Source of the DNA: Sulfurimonadaceae bacterium
GTDB lineage: Bacteria > Campylobacterota > Campylobacteria > Campylobacterales > Sulfurimonadaceae
Reading direction: 5' to 3'
Length of the DNA: 64,000 bases
Assembly: GCA_041562555.1 (NCBI GenBank)
Contig: JBFEXS010000002.1
Coordinates: forward strand, 17,368-81,367
Below the pieces are notes generated by a model. The model worked only from the letters and a program-made list of their open reading frames with translations. It ran no database searches and was not told the origin of the DNA. The position numbers and the translations under genes were made by a program. Within the stretch, counting starts at the first letter, position 1. Each line of letters opens with the position of its first letter. Of the stretch, positions 1 to 10,251 are shown piece after piece.

Positions 1-142
1 TGTGCGATGACAACATCAATGCAGATTTGAAATTTTGACTTCTGTTCTGAATACGGCTTGTCGGTTTAAGAAGGTTTTGTAATGACTGGATGTCATTCTC
101 TTCTATCATCTGTTCTAAACGGTCTAATTGAGGGATGAACAT
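1..142 (-). CDS. 5' part of a gene running off the window edge; possibly ankyrin-repeat-like
   Basis: ATG at 142, 3 nt after the cytochrome c stop; open frame MFIPQLDRLEQMIEENDIQSLQNLLKPTSRIQNRSQNFKSALMLSSH to the edge; SALMLSS resembles an ankyrin TALMxA motif. Confidence 0.5.
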   Translation of the reverse strand, partial: MFIPQLDRLEQMIEENDIQSLQNLLKPTSRIQNRSQNFKSALMLSSH

Positions 143-145
143 CTG

Positions 146-481
146 CTACTCCTGTGTGTGCAAATAATTGTACAAAGCTATCACTTCTTTATCGGTCAAG
201 AAATACTTTGGCATGACTGAACGTTTTTCCTGCAAGGCAGCTTTGAACTCTACAAATCCTAATGAATTGATCTCTCTTGTCTGTAGATATTTGCTTTTTC
301 CTTTGTCCTTGTATGATGAAATCAACATGCCCTCACCTTTTTGACCGTGACACTTGTCACATCCTATCCCTCTTGGGTTTTTATACAGATGCTGCGCGTA
401 CTCTAATTCTGTAATAAAGGAGTCTTTCTCTTTTGCGAAGAGTGTTAAAAAAGAGAAGAAAAAAACCAAGGCCAAACGCAT
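146..481 (-). CDS. small periplasmic monoheme cytochrome c
   Basis: signal peptide, CDKCH heme motif, distal Met in VMPKY; divergent from folD. Confidence 0.9.
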   Translation of the reverse strand: MRLALVFFFSFLTLFAKEKDSFITELEYAQHLYKNPRGIGCDKCHGQKGEGMLISSYKDKGKSKYLQTREINSLGFVEFKAALQEKRSVMPKYFLTDKEVIALYNYLHTQE

Positions 482-543
482 TCAAAGCACCCTTTTAGTG
501 TAATACAGTATAATAACAAAAAATTTCTAAATGCGAGGTTTGG

Positions 544-1392
544 ATGCAGATTCTTGATGGTAAAGCGCTTTCATCAAAAATTAAAGACGAGGTGGCAAAA
601 GAAGCTACTGCGTTGAAGGAAGAGACAGGACGTGTGCCTGGTCTTGCCGTTATACTTGTTGGTAGTGATCCAGCCAGTCATGCCTATGTCGGTATGAAGA
701 AAAAAGCCTGTGATACGGTAGGCTTCTATTCAGTAACCCATGAAATGCCTCATGATATTTCTCAAGAAGCGATTGAGAAGACTATTGAAATGATGAATCA
801 AAACCCGAATATCGACGGTATCTTGATCCAACTCCCTCTTCCGGAACAGATCGATACTACACGTCTTTTAGAACTTGTCGCACCTGAAAAAGATGTTGAT
901 GGGTTCCATCCTTTCAACGTCGGACGCTTGACTACCGGTCTAGACGGATTCGTACCCTGTACGCCTCTTGGGGTCATGAAGCTTTTGGAAGAGTACGATA
1001 TCGATGTACAGGGGATGAATGCCTGTGTCGTAGGTGCATCCAACATCGTAGGTAAACCCATGGCGAGCCTTCTATTGAATGCAAATGCCACTGTAGACAT
1101 CTGTCATATCTACACAAAAGACTTGAAAGCACATACCCTGCAAGCAGACATCCTCCTTGTGGGAGTCGGAGTCATCAACCTTATCAAAGAGGATATGGTT
1201 AAAGAGGGAGCCATTATCATCGATATCGGAATCAACCGTGCCGACAACGGGAAGCTTGTAGGAGATGTTGACTATGAAAACGTCAGCAAAAAATGCTCAT
1301 ATATCACTCCTGTACCAGGCGGTGTCGGACCAATGACCATTGCAATGCTTCTGAAGAACACCCTAGAATCTGCTAAAAAACGTAAAGTATAG
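544..1392 (+). CDS. folD: bifunctional methylenetetrahydrofolate dehydrogenase/cyclohydrolase
   Basis: KDVDGFHP, PCTPLG, GASNIVGKP, ITPVPGGVGPMT motifs. Confidence 0.98.
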   Translation: MQILDGKALSSKIKDEVAKEATALKEETGRVPGLAVILVGSDPASHAYVGMKKKACDTVGFYSVTHEMPHDISQEAIEKTIEMMNQNPNIDGILIQLPLPEQIDTTRLLELVAPEKDVDGFHPFNVGRLTTGLDGFVPCTPLGVMKLLEEYDIDVQGMNACVVGASNIVGKPMASLLLNANATVDICHIYTKDLKAHTLQADILLVGVGVINLIKEDMVKEGAIIIDIGINRADNGKLVGDVDYENVSKKCSYITPVPGGVGPMTIAMLLKNTLESAKKRKV

Positions 1393-1406
1393 GAAAACAG
1401 ACCATA

Positions 1407-2216
1407 ATGAAAGAAAAAGCAAAAGACTTCGCCTATAAGGCCTATAAATTTTCAAACTCTTGGACAGGTACGATCATTATCGTCCTTCTAGTCATCTTTT
1501 TTGTCGCACAAGCCTTTCGAATCCCTAGTGGTTCGATGAAGTCTTCTCTGCTCGTAGGTGATCACCTTTTTGCAAAAAAGTTTGCTTATGGTATTTCTAC
1601 ACCACACCTTCCATTTTTAGAGATCCCTCTTATTCCAGGGACCGATGGACATATTATTGATGGTGACACACCACAGCGCGGAGATATTGTTATTTTCAGA
1701 TATCCGCAAAACACAAGTGTACACTTTGTCAAGCGCTGTGTCGCACTTCCCGGAGACATCCTTTTTATCAATAACAAAGACCTCTATTTACATCCTGTCG
1801 AGGGGGATGAATATATCAAACAAAACTATGCTAAAGAGCAGATCATCAGTGCAATGGACATGCTTTTTGTAAAAAACCCATATCAATCCGACCACCCGGG
1901 TATTCATCATGATGATGCCGTTGTCAACGATGGACAGACCCATGAACCGATTTTCTTCCTGCCGCCTATTAAAGTGCCTGAAGGGGAGTATTTTATGATG
2001 GGTGACAACCGTGATCACTCTAATGACAGTCGTTTTTGGGGAACAGTACCGTACGGTCTTATTGAAGGAACGCCTTGGTTCATCTATTTCAGTATCAATG
2101 ACAATTATGAGATCCGTTGGGACAGGATGGGTAAAACACCTACTGATCTTGAGGGTGATGCATTCATCAAACGTGCCCAAGCTGAAGATGTAAAAAAAGA
2201 CAAAGGTATATTCTAA
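1407..2216 (+). CDS. lepB: signal peptidase I
   Basis: TM helix, IPSGSM (catalytic Ser), FVKRC (Lys), GDNRDHSNDSRFWG. Confidence 0.97.
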   Translation: MKEKAKDFAYKAYKFSNSWTGTIIIVLLVIFFVAQAFRIPSGSMKSSLLVGDHLFAKKFAYGISTPHLPFLEIPLIPGTDGHIIDGDTPQRGDIVIFRYPQNTSVHFVKRCVALPGDILFINNKDLYLHPVEGDEYIKQNYAKEQIISAMDMLFVKNPYQSDHPGIHHDDAVVNDGQTHEPIFFLPPIKVPEGEYFMMGDNRDHSNDSRFWGTVPYGLIEGTPWFIYFSINDNYEIRWDRMGKTPTDLEGDAFIKRAQAEDVKKDKGIF

Positions 2217-2912
2217 TTGGATAGTGTAGATATTATCAAGATAATAGCAGCCGTTGCTGCCTTGATCATCGCAATTGTCGGACATGAGATCATGCATGGT
2301 TGGGTCGCCTATAAATATGGTGATAACACGGCCAAGGACTTAGGCCGTCTAAGTCTCAACCCACTGGTGCACGTTGATCTTTTCGGGACCATATTGGTAC
2401 CTGCTATGATGTATTTCATACCTATGCTCTTTGGCGCAAGTTCCGGTCTTCTTTTTGGATGGGCAAAGCCTGTGCCTATCAATACCCGGACAGTGATTCA
2501 TAACGGTGGCTATAATGCTGCCATGCAAGTCTCTCTTGCCGGTATTGCCTACAATCTTTTTATGGCCACACTTGCGTCGGTGATCTTTACGAGTATGATG
2601 CCCCGTGACCTTGGTTTACATGATCTTATCACCAATGCAGATGAGTTTATCATGCTCTATTTTGTATGGATGCTATTGATTATCAATGTTGTGTTGGCAG
2701 TATTCAATCTGCTGCCTATCCCCCAGTTTGACGGTGCGCATTTCCTTACCTATTTGAGCCTGAAACTCGGTCTTCCGAAGATTGCAGAGTTTTTTGTCAA
2801 AATGGAACCCTACGGTATGATCATTGTGATCATCATGCTTGTTGTTGATCCTATACGGGACATCATCCTATTGATGCCCGTTCAACTTCTATTACAACTC
2901 TTGTTGAGTTAA
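2217..2912 (+). CDS. site-2 protease family (M50) membrane metalloprotease
   Basis: HEIMHG zinc motif, FNLLPIPQFDG; TTG start directly after the lepB stop. Confidence 0.93.
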   Translation: MDSVDIIKIIAAVAALIIAIVGHEIMHGWVAYKYGDNTAKDLGRLSLNPLVHVDLFGTILVPAMMYFIPMLFGASSGLLFGWAKPVPINTRTVIHNGGYNAAMQVSLAGIAYNLFMATLASVIFTSMMPRDLGLHDLITNADEFIMLYFVWMLLIINVVLAVFNLLPIPQFDGAHFLTYLSLKLGLPKIAEFFVKMEPYGMIIVIIMLVVDPIRDIILLMPVQLLLQLLLS

Positions 2913-2928
2913 AACAAAGGAAAATTAG

Positions 2929-3366
2929 ATGAAATATTATGTGGCTACTGACCATGCAGGGATCGATCTTAAAAACCATACCTGCGAATACCTTAAATCC
3001 AAAGGGTATGAGGTCATCGACCTCGGTCCCAATACCAAGGATCGTGTTGATTATCCCGATTATGCCGTAAAACTCTGTGAGTCTGTACTTTCAGATGAAG
3101 GAAGTATGGGTGTGCTTATCTGTGGTTCAGGTATAGGCATGAGTATGGCTGCCAACCGTCATCACGGTATCCGGGCAGCCTTATGTCATGATGCCTATAC
3201 TGCACGTATGGGACGCCAGCACAATAATGGGAATGTATTATGCTTTGGTGAACGTATAGTCGGTGTTGGTGTTGCGGAATCTATTATCGACGCCTGGTGT
3301 GAAGGCGAGTTTGAAGGCGGACGTCACGCAGGTAGAGTTGATAAAATCGAAGCGATCAAGGGCTAA
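2929..3366 (+). CDS. rpiB: ribose-5-phosphate isomerase B
   Basis: DHAG, VDYPD, CGSGIGMSMAAN, FEGGRH motifs. Confidence 0.97.
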   Translation: MKYYVATDHAGIDLKNHTCEYLKSKGYEVIDLGPNTKDRVDYPDYAVKLCESVLSDEGSMGVLICGSGIGMSMAANRHHGIRAALCHDAYTARMGRQHNNGNVLCFGERIVGVGVAESIIDAWCEGEFEGGRHAGRVDKIEAIKG

Positions 3367-3398
3367 CACCCTAGTGTAAGTACAGCAAAAGGATATCT

Positions 3399-3731
3399 AT
3401 GTTTTTTGAATGGTCATTACTAAGCCTGGTCACGTTGGCTGCAATATTCTTATTTGTCAAGATGTTTTACTTCAAAAACATCACCTATAAAGAACAGAAG
3501 AGTAATGAACTAATGAAGCTAACGCTTCAAGAAGCGGAAATCCTTATTCGTAAATATCAGATACAGCTCCAACGTTCATTGGGAAATGTAGACATTCTTA
3601 CCGATGAGCTTAATAAACTCAGGAATGAGCTGAAGGTCCTAAAACAGAGAAACTCATCTCACCGTTCTGAAACCGATAGATTGAAGAATAAGATCAAAGA
3701 CCTTGAAGGTCGTATAGATGCCCTTCTGTAG
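3399..3731 (+). CDS. small membrane-anchored coiled-coil protein
   Basis: N-terminal hydrophobic helix followed by heptad-rich sequence; SD AAGGA; lies between rpiB and apt. Confidence 0.8.
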   Translation: MFFEWSLLSLVTLAAIFLFVKMFYFKNITYKEQKSNELMKLTLQEAEILIRKYQIQLQRSLGNVDILTDELNKLRNELKVLKQRNSSHRSETDRLKNKIKDLEGRIDALL

Positions 3732-3763
3732 CATCATACTATTTCATATAAGAGAGAAATTTT

Positions 3764-4309
3764 ATGTTAGACAATGAAAACAGACAACTGATTATAGAAG
3801 CCATTAGAGAGATCCCGGATTTTCCAAAACCCGGGATTATTTTCAAAGACATCTCTACGATTTTAAACAATGCTCAAGCATACGGCAGACTGATGGATCA
3901 TCTCAAAGACCGTTATAAGGATTACAACCTGGACTTCGTAGCGGGTATAGATGCCCGTGGGTTCATATTTGGGGCCAGTTTGGCCCGTGATCTTGGTGTC
4001 GGATTTGTTCCTATACGTAAAAAAGGGAAACTACCGTATACAACCATTTCTGAAAAGTATTCACTGGAGTATGGTGTAGATGAAGTAGAGATACATATCG
4101 ATGCCTTTAGAGGGATAGAAAATGCCCGTGTACTTTTAATTGATGACCTTATTGCAACCGGTGGAACCGCCTATGCAGCAGCAAGCTTGATCGGAAAATC
4201 CGGTGGTGAATGTGTTGAGTCTTGTTTTATTATGAGTCTAGATTTTTTAGGAGGAAGTGAAAAACTTTCAACACTTGCTCCTGTTTACAGTGTATTAGGA
4301 GAAGCTTAG
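3764..4309 (+). CDS. apt: adenine phosphoribosyltransferase
   Basis: [36 protein letters not shown] motif. Confidence 0.97.
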   Translation: MLDNENRQLIIEAIREIPDFPKPGIIFKDISTILNNAQAYGRLMDHLKDRYKDYNLDFVAGIDARGFIFGASLARDLGVGFVPIRKKGKLPYTTISEKYSLEYGVDEVEIHIDAFRGIENARVLLIDDLIATGGTAYAAASLIGKSGGECVESCFIMSLDFLGGSEKLSTLAPVYSVLGEA

Positions 4310-5511
4310 TGTATATACCTTCAAAAAGTAAATTTGACCCGGATGAGAATGGTCATTTCGGAATCTTTGGTGGACGATATGTCCCTGAAACACTTATGCC
4401 GGCTCTGCTTGAGCTTAAAGAACAATATGAGCAGATCCGTCATGACGAGTCCTTTTGGAAAGAGGTGCACTATTACCTCAATGACTATGTCGGTCGCCCT
4501 TCTCCACTCTACTTCGCCCAAAACATCTCGGACGAATTGGGTGCAAAGATCTATTTTAAACGTGAGGACCTTAATCACACCGGTGCACATAAGGTAAACA
4601 ATGTCATCGCACAAGGTTTGATGGCCAAGCGGCTTGGAAAAAAGAAGGTTATTGCAGAGACCGGTGCAGGACAGCACGGTGTGGCAACAGCGACCATTTG
4701 TGCCCTTCTTGGACTCGAATGTGAGATTTTCATGGGTGCAAAAGATGTCGAAAGACAAGAACTCAATGTCTTTAGAATGAAACTGCTGGGTGCAAAGGTC
4801 AATGCTGTTCAAAGCGGAAGCCGAACCCTTAAAGATGCTATGAACGATGCTATACGTCACTGGGTTACGAATGCCCGCGATACTTTTTATATTATCGGGA
4901 CTGTCGCAGGACCACACCCTTATCCGATGATGGTACGTGATTTTCAAGCGATTATCGGATGGGAAGCCCGCGCTCAAATACTTGAACTTGAGGGTAGGCT
5001 CCCGGATAAAGTTGTCGCATGTATAGGCGGAGGATCGAATGCTATCGGTGCCTTTCAACACTTCCTGGAAGATGAAGAGGTTGAATGTGTCGGTATTGAA
5101 GCGGGTGGCCTCGGTGTAGACACGGACAAGCATGGTGCTTCACTGGACAAAGGGCGTCCTGGGGTACTGCATGGGCAGATGTCTTATCTTTTACAAGATG
5201 ATGACGGTCAGGTCCTGGAAGCACACTCTATCTCAGCGGGATTAGACTATCCGGGGATAGGTCCAGAACATGCTTTTCACAAAGACAATAACAGCGTGAG
5301 CTATGATTCAGTCACCGATCAGGAAGCATTGGATGCCTTTGTTTGGTTATCACGTCAAGAAGGCATCATCCCCGCCTTTGAGAGTGCACATGCTGTAGCT
5401 TATCTCAAAAAGATCAAAGACATCAAAGGCCAGACGATTATTATCAACCTTTCCGGTCGCGGTGACAAGGACATGATCCAAGCCAAAGACTTATTACATT
5501 TTGACGATTAA
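4309..5511 (+). CDS. trpB: tryptophan synthase beta chain
   Basis: [15 protein letters not shown] site, [34 protein letters not shown]. Confidence 0.98.
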   Translation: MYIPSKSKFDPDENGHFGIFGGRYVPETLMPALLELKEQYEQIRHDESFWKEVHYYLNDYVGRPSPLYFAQNISDELGAKIYFKREDLNHTGAHKVNNVIAQGLMAKRLGKKKVIAETGAGQHGVATATICALLGLECEIFMGAKDVERQELNVFRMKLLGAKVNAVQSGSRTLKDAMNDAIRHWVTNARDTFYIIGTVAGPHPYPMMVRDFQAIIGWEARAQILELEGRLPDKVVACIGGGSNAIGAFQHFLEDEEVECVGIEAGGLGVDTDKHGASLDKGRPGVLHGQMSYLLQDDDGQVLEAHSISAGLDYPGIGPEHAFHKDNNSVSYDSVTDQEALDAFVWLSRQEGIIPAFESAHAVAYLKKIKDIKGQTIIINLSGRGDKDMIQAKDLLHFDD

Positions 5512-5532
5512 TAAGCGTAAGGAACTATACAA

Positions 5533-6969
5533 ATGAACATTTCAATCAATGACAAACACCTGTACGATATCACGGCAGATCTAACAGTCGTTTTCGCAGT
5601 AAACACCGATGAACTACTACACGAAGGTACCCTGCAGGAGCTTAACTTCAAAGCAGGTCAGGATGAAACCTGTTATCTATCTGAGTTTAAAACGCTTTAT
5701 GTGGGAGTAGAAGCAAATGAGCATGATCTGTTTCGCTCTGCAGCAGCAACTGCATACAAGACCCTCTCAAAGTTCAGCTATAGCTCATTAAAGCTTGCCC
5801 AATATGACATCAATAACGATCAAGGGATATTTAATGCATTGGTGGAAGGCTTCATCCTTGGTGCGTACAGCTTTGATACATACAAAAGTGAAAAGTCCGA
5901 TCCTTCTTTGAAAGAAATCATTTTCTCCTCACGTACCCTGGAGGATGAACGTAGTGATCTAAATATCCTTGAAGATGAGTCCAAAAAAGCTCAGATCCTT
6001 GCAACGGCTACAAACTATACGCGAGAACTTGTCAATACAACTCCTGAAGATCTCTACCCGGTTGAGTTGGCAAACATAGCCAAGGAACTCGCATCAAATA
6101 ATGGACTTGATTGTACTGTACTGGGAGAAGAGGCTTTGAACAATGAGAACATGCATGCCATGCTCAGTGTCGGCCGTGCATCACGTCACGAATCTCAGCT
6201 TATTCACTTAAGCCACAAACCTAAAAACCCTAAGGCTGTTGTCTCTCTGGTCGGAAAAGGCTTAACCTACGACAGCGGTGGACTAAGCCTCAAACCTTCT
6301 ACATCCATGGTCAGTATGAAGCTTGATAAAAGCGGTGCCTGTGCCGTTCTTGGTATCATGAAGGCCGTATCAGAGCTTAACATCCCGGTAGAAGTCCATG
6401 GTATTATTGGGGCTGTTGAAAATATGATAGGCGGGGATGCCTACAAACCTGATGATGTCTTGACTGCGAAGAATGGCAAGACCATTGAAGTCAGAAATAC
6501 AGATGCCGAAGGCCGCTTGGTATTGGCGGATTGTCTTTGCTATGCCCAAGAGAAGATTCAAGCGGATTACATCTTTGATTATGCGACCCTGACGGGTGCC
6601 TGTGTCGTTGCCCTAGGAAACTATACAACAGGACTTATGGGTCATTCGAGTAAACTTAAGCGTTCTATGAGTCATGCCGCAGCAAATACAGGGGAACTTG
6701 TAGGTTCATTACCCTTCAACCGTTATCTCAAGAAACAGCTTAAATCGGAAGTCGCTGATATCTCCAATATCTCGAATAAACCCTATGGCGGTGCCATCAC
6801 AGCGGCACAGTTCTTAGACTATTTCATCGATGATGCGAATAAAGACAAATGGATGCACTTTGATATTGCAGGTCCTGCCTACGTAGAGTCCTCATGGGGG
6901 TACAACCCTTACGGTGCGTCAGGCGCAGGTGTGCGTATGACCTTAGATTGGCTGGGAGCCATCGACTAA
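5533..6969 (+). CDS. pepA: leucyl aminopeptidase (M17)
   Basis: VGKGLTYDSGG, MKLDKSG, NTDAEGRLVLAD, ATLTGA. Confidence 0.97.
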   Translation: MNISINDKHLYDITADLTVVFAVNTDELLHEGTLQELNFKAGQDETCYLSEFKTLYVGVEANEHDLFRSAAATAYKTLSKFSYSSLKLAQYDINNDQGIFNALVEGFILGAYSFDTYKSEKSDPSLKEIIFSSRTLEDERSDLNILEDESKKAQILATATNYTRELVNTTPEDLYPVELANIAKELASNNGLDCTVLGEEALNNENMHAMLSVGRASRHESQLIHLSHKPKNPKAVVSLVGKGLTYDSGGLSLKPSTSMVSMKLDKSGACAVLGIMKAVSELNIPVEVHGIIGAVENMIGGDAYKPDDVLTAKNGKTIEVRNTDAEGRLVLADCLCYAQEKIQADYIFDYATLTGACVVALGNYTTGLMGHSSKLKRSMSHAAANTGELVGSLPFNRYLKKQLKSEVADISNISNKPYGGAITAAQFLDYFIDDANKDKWMHFDIAGPAYVESSWGYNPYGASGAGVRMTLDWLGAID

Positions 6970-6970
6970 A

Positions 6971-6990
6971 AAGGTAAGTACACTTACCTT
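6971..6990. repeat. perfect inverted repeat between pepA and ychF (hairpin, terminator-like or operator)
   Basis: AAGGTAAGT-AC-ACTTACCTT. Confidence 0.6.
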
Positions 6991-7031
6991 ATGTATAACA
7001 AAAAAAATTAATCAATCAAGGAAACAAATTT

Positions 7032-8132
7032 ATGGGACTTAGTATCGGCCTAGTAGGCTTACCAAATGTCGGGAAATCGACCACTTTCAACGCACTAACA
7101 AAAGCACAGAATGCAGAAGCGGCAAACTATCCGTTTTGTACAATTGAGCCAAACAAGGCCGTGGTACCGGTACCCGATTATCGCCTGGACGAATTAGCCA
7201 AGATCGTCAACCCTGAAAGGATTCAGCACTCAACCTTGGACTTTGTCGACATTGCCGGCTTGGTCAAAGGGGCTTCCAAAGGGGAAGGTTTAGGAAATAA
7301 ATTCCTTGAAAACATCCGTGAAACCGAGGTCATATTACACATTGTCCGTTGTTTTGAAGATGAAAACATCGTACATAACGAAGGGAATATCGACCCACTG
7401 CGTGATATCGAAATCATTGAGACCGAACTGATCTTCGCTGATCTTGAAGCAGTAGATAAACGTGCAGAACGTCTTAAAAAACAGGCTAAAGCCGATAAAA
7501 GTGCCGCAGCATTGATGGAGACAGCCCTTGAGCTTGCTCAACACCTTGAATCGGGGAATATGGCCCGAAGTTTTCCTAAAGCCGATGAGGACAACTTCAA
7601 GCAACTCAACCAAGAACTGCGTCTACTTACTTCTAAAGAAATTATGTACGGTGCCAATGTTGATGAAGACGGTTTGGCTGAAGACAGTGATTTTGTCAAA
7701 GCGGTACAGGAGCATGCTGCTAAAACCAACTCAGAAGTCATCAAACTGTGTGCAAAATTTGAAGAAGACCTTGTAGGCATGGATGATGAAGAAGCAGCGG
7801 AATTTCTTGCAGAAATCGGTGTTGAAGAGTCTGGCCTGTCACAGATAATTCATAAAGGATTTGATAAACTTGGTTTGATGTCTTACTTTACAGCCGGTGT
7901 AAAGGAAGTAAGAGCCTGGACTATCCGCAAAGAGACAACAGCTCCCAAAGCGGCAGCGGTGATCCATAACGACTTTGAAAAGGGATTTATTCGTGCGGAA
8001 GTCATTGGATACGAAGATTATATCGCCTGCGGCAGTGAAGCCAAAGCCAAAGAAGCAGGTAAAATGCGTCTAGAGGGTAAAGAGTACATCGTCCAAGACG
8101 GTGATATCATGCACTTTAGATTTAATGTCTAA
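7032..8132 (+). CDS. ychF: redox-regulated ATPase YchF
   Basis: [38 protein letters not shown]-terminal TGS domain. Confidence 0.98.
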   Translation: MGLSIGLVGLPNVGKSTTFNALTKAQNAEAANYPFCTIEPNKAVVPVPDYRLDELAKIVNPERIQHSTLDFVDIAGLVKGASKGEGLGNKFLENIRETEVILHIVRCFEDENIVHNEGNIDPLRDIEIIETELIFADLEAVDKRAERLKKQAKADKSAAALMETALELAQHLESGNMARSFPKADEDNFKQLNQELRLLTSKEIMYGANVDEDGLAEDSDFVKAVQEHAAKTNSEVIKLCAKFEEDLVGMDDEEAAEFLAEIGVEESGLSQIIHKGFDKLGLMSYFTAGVKEVRAWTIRKETTAPKAAAVIHNDFEKGFIRAEVIGYEDYIACGSEAKAKEAGKMRLEGKEYIVQDGDIMHFRFNV

Positions 8133-8313
8133 GGCGCCAATATCAGTCTACCGATCAACGCCATAAGTAAAAGGCCCAAAAAGATTGGGATGTCTGATTT
8201 TTGCTTTTCCATAGTCCAATCTTACATCAAAAAAGTGAATGATTGGTAAAGATATGATTAAGAATTAATCAATCCTATAAAGTTTGATGTTTTTTTGTAT
8301 TCTACGGTGTGGC

Positions 8314-9393
8314 TTAAGCCATGTGCTGTAGATTATAGACCATGGCTTCTTTGACTCTCTTAAGCGTGATGTCAAAATTATCCAAAGGTCTCGCTCTTAA
8401 GGTTTTCAACTTGAGGCGCTGCTCCCTATAACGCTTGCTTTTTATTTCCAATTCACGTTTATACTCCTCAAAACGCGCTTCGATAAAACTTTCTGTGTTG
8501 ACTGTTTGACACTTTTTAAAAAAATCTGATATCTGCTTATAGTCTTTTTGCTCATTTGCCTTATCCGTCATCCCTCCCGCCTGATTAGCGATCATGACAA
8601 GAGCATGGGCTTTTTCACCTGCAGAGACATAGGAGAACATTGTTTTCTTCGTATGCAGCTGTATGTCGTCATCATCGGTGAACATATCCAATAAAAGCTT
8701 CGGTGTGACATTTTTAATATCTGAAAGTGTTAAGGACTTTGCAGCGACGATTGCCGAGATATGAAGTTTGAGTTCATCGACACGTCGTACAAGCTTGACA
8801 ATTTCATATTGATATTTCTTGGCTTTGAGGTTTTTATCATCGCGTGCCTGTTTGACACGCATCCACGCCTGATCACTTTTATAGAGTATCTGACCTCCAC
8901 CATGTTGTTCCAGCAGGGATTTGCGCTTCTTGGTCCCATTGATCGCTTCCGAAACAACAGGGCTTAAATTATCTGCCTTATCTGCAATACCGATCAGATC
9001 GAAAAAAGTATTCACAACCTCTTTATAAAAGTAAGTTCCAAACCGTCGCATATAGATTTGGGCAAGCTCATATAAAAATTTAATATACTCTTTGTTCTTT
9101 TTGGCACTTTCCATCTCAACACGGGTATATCGCTTCTCTTTTAACAGGGATAAAAGTTCTGCTAACAGTAGCTGAACAAGTGCTATCTTAACACCGCTGA
9201 AATCAAGGTCATCGATGCTTTTGATCTTTAAAAAACTTATTTTTGGAGCCAAAGACTCATTGGCACAGATGTCATGGCAGATAAGTGACATCACCTCTTT
9301 TCTATCTTCATCACAATTAACATGTAGTACTTCTTTTTCAAATATGAGTTTATCTGAAAAGATATGGTCTAAATACTCTTGCGACTTTGACAT
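8314..9393 (-). CDS. hypothetical helical/coiled-coil protein
   Basis: 359-aa ORF 5 nt downstream of psd, same strand; no recognisable motif. Confidence 0.8.
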   Translation of the reverse strand: MSKSQEYLDHIFSDKLIFEKEVLHVNCDEDRKEVMSLICHDICANESLAPKISFLKIKSIDDLDFSGVKIALVQLLLAELLSLLKEKRYTRVEMESAKKNKEYIKFLYELAQIYMRRFGTYFYKEVVNTFFDLIGIADKADNLSPVVSEAINGTKKRKSLLEQHGGGQILYKSDQAWMRVKQARDDKNLKAKKYQYEIVKLVRRVDELKLHISAIVAAKSLTLSDIKNVTPKLLLDMFTDDDDIQLHTKKTMFSYVSAGEKAHALVMIANQAGGMTDKANEQKDYKQISDFFKKCQTVNTESFIEARFEEYKRELEIKSKRYREQRLKLKTLRARPLDNFDITLKRVKEAMVYNLQHMA

Positions 9394-9398
9394 CTACC

Positions 9399-10220
9399 CT
9401 ACTCTTTCATATGTGCTATATCTTGTCCAAAGGATACTTTTTCGCCACTTTTAACGAATATCTCCATCTTTTCTGAAATAATGACAACGGTTGAGCCCAT
9501 TTGAAAACAACCAAAGTCATCTCCCTTATTCATATAAAGTTCCTCATAGGTATAAGCTACACTCTCCCGAATATCTGTATTCGTCTGAATACCAGGTTCA
9601 AAAGAGACTTCCATCTTACCCACATTCAATGCTCCTACAAGAATCATATAAAACAGTTCATCCTCTTGAGTATAACATTCTATGACTACACGCTCATTCT
9701 CGATAAACAAGTCCTGCTGTTTGTTCAAATAGGTAAAATTGACCGGATAGAGTTTGCCTGGGATGTGCACTGCTTTGCTTATACGACAATTGAGTGGAAT
9801 ATGATAACGATGATAGTCGCTAGGCGAAAGATAAAGATTTACGAAACGTCCATTCTTAATACGATGCTTATTCGTACCGTCTATGTGTTCACCCAGGAGT
9901 TCATCCACCTTGTATTTCATACCCTTGATCTGAAAAGAGCTGAAATCATGTACCTTTCCACACTCGGTGATCAAAGCATCACATGGAGAGATCATGATCG
10001 AACCGTCCATGTTAAACTGACGTTGTTCTCTAAGATGACGCGTAAATAGTTGATTAAGTGTTTCATAGGATGAAGCGGGATGAAAATCACTCATATCCAG
10101 ACCCATCAACCTCACATAGGCACTGTTAATAATATTTTGCACGGGCCTTGGAAACGCCTTTGAAGCAAACTTTCCAAAGAGTTGCGAAGCAGCCGAAGTA
10201 ATATGTCGTTTGTTCATCAA
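9399..10220 (-). CDS. psd: phosphatidylserine decarboxylase
   Basis: FTR, SPCD, YLSPSDYHRYH, NERV, VGALNVG, MGST self-cleavage motif. Confidence 0.96.
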   Translation of the reverse strand: MMNKRHITSAASQLFGKFASKAFPRPVQNIINSAYVRLMGLDMSDFHPASSYETLNQLFTRHLREQRQFNMDGSIMISPCDALITECGKVHDFSSFQIKGMKYKVDELLGEHIDGTNKHRIKNGRFVNLYLSPSDYHRYHIPLNCRISKAVHIPGKLYPVNFTYLNKQQDLFIENERVVIECYTQEDELFYMILVGALNVGKMEVSFEPGIQTNTDIRESVAYTYEELYMNKGDDFGCFQMGSTVVIISEKMEIFVKSGEKVSFGQDIAHMKE

Positions 10221-10251
10221 TGTCTTTCCTTAATGTTATTTTATCTTTTTT

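Noticed and set aside
4321..5133. 270-aa antisense ORF over trpB, and similar antisense ORFs over psd, truD, mtaB, pdxJ and htrA
   Set aside because: Shadow ORFs of well-supported genes; no motifs or SD
8271..8283. 13-mer AATCCTATAAAGT also present near 63976-63988
   Set aside because: Flanks do not align; an AT-rich 13-mer match is expected by chance in 64 kb
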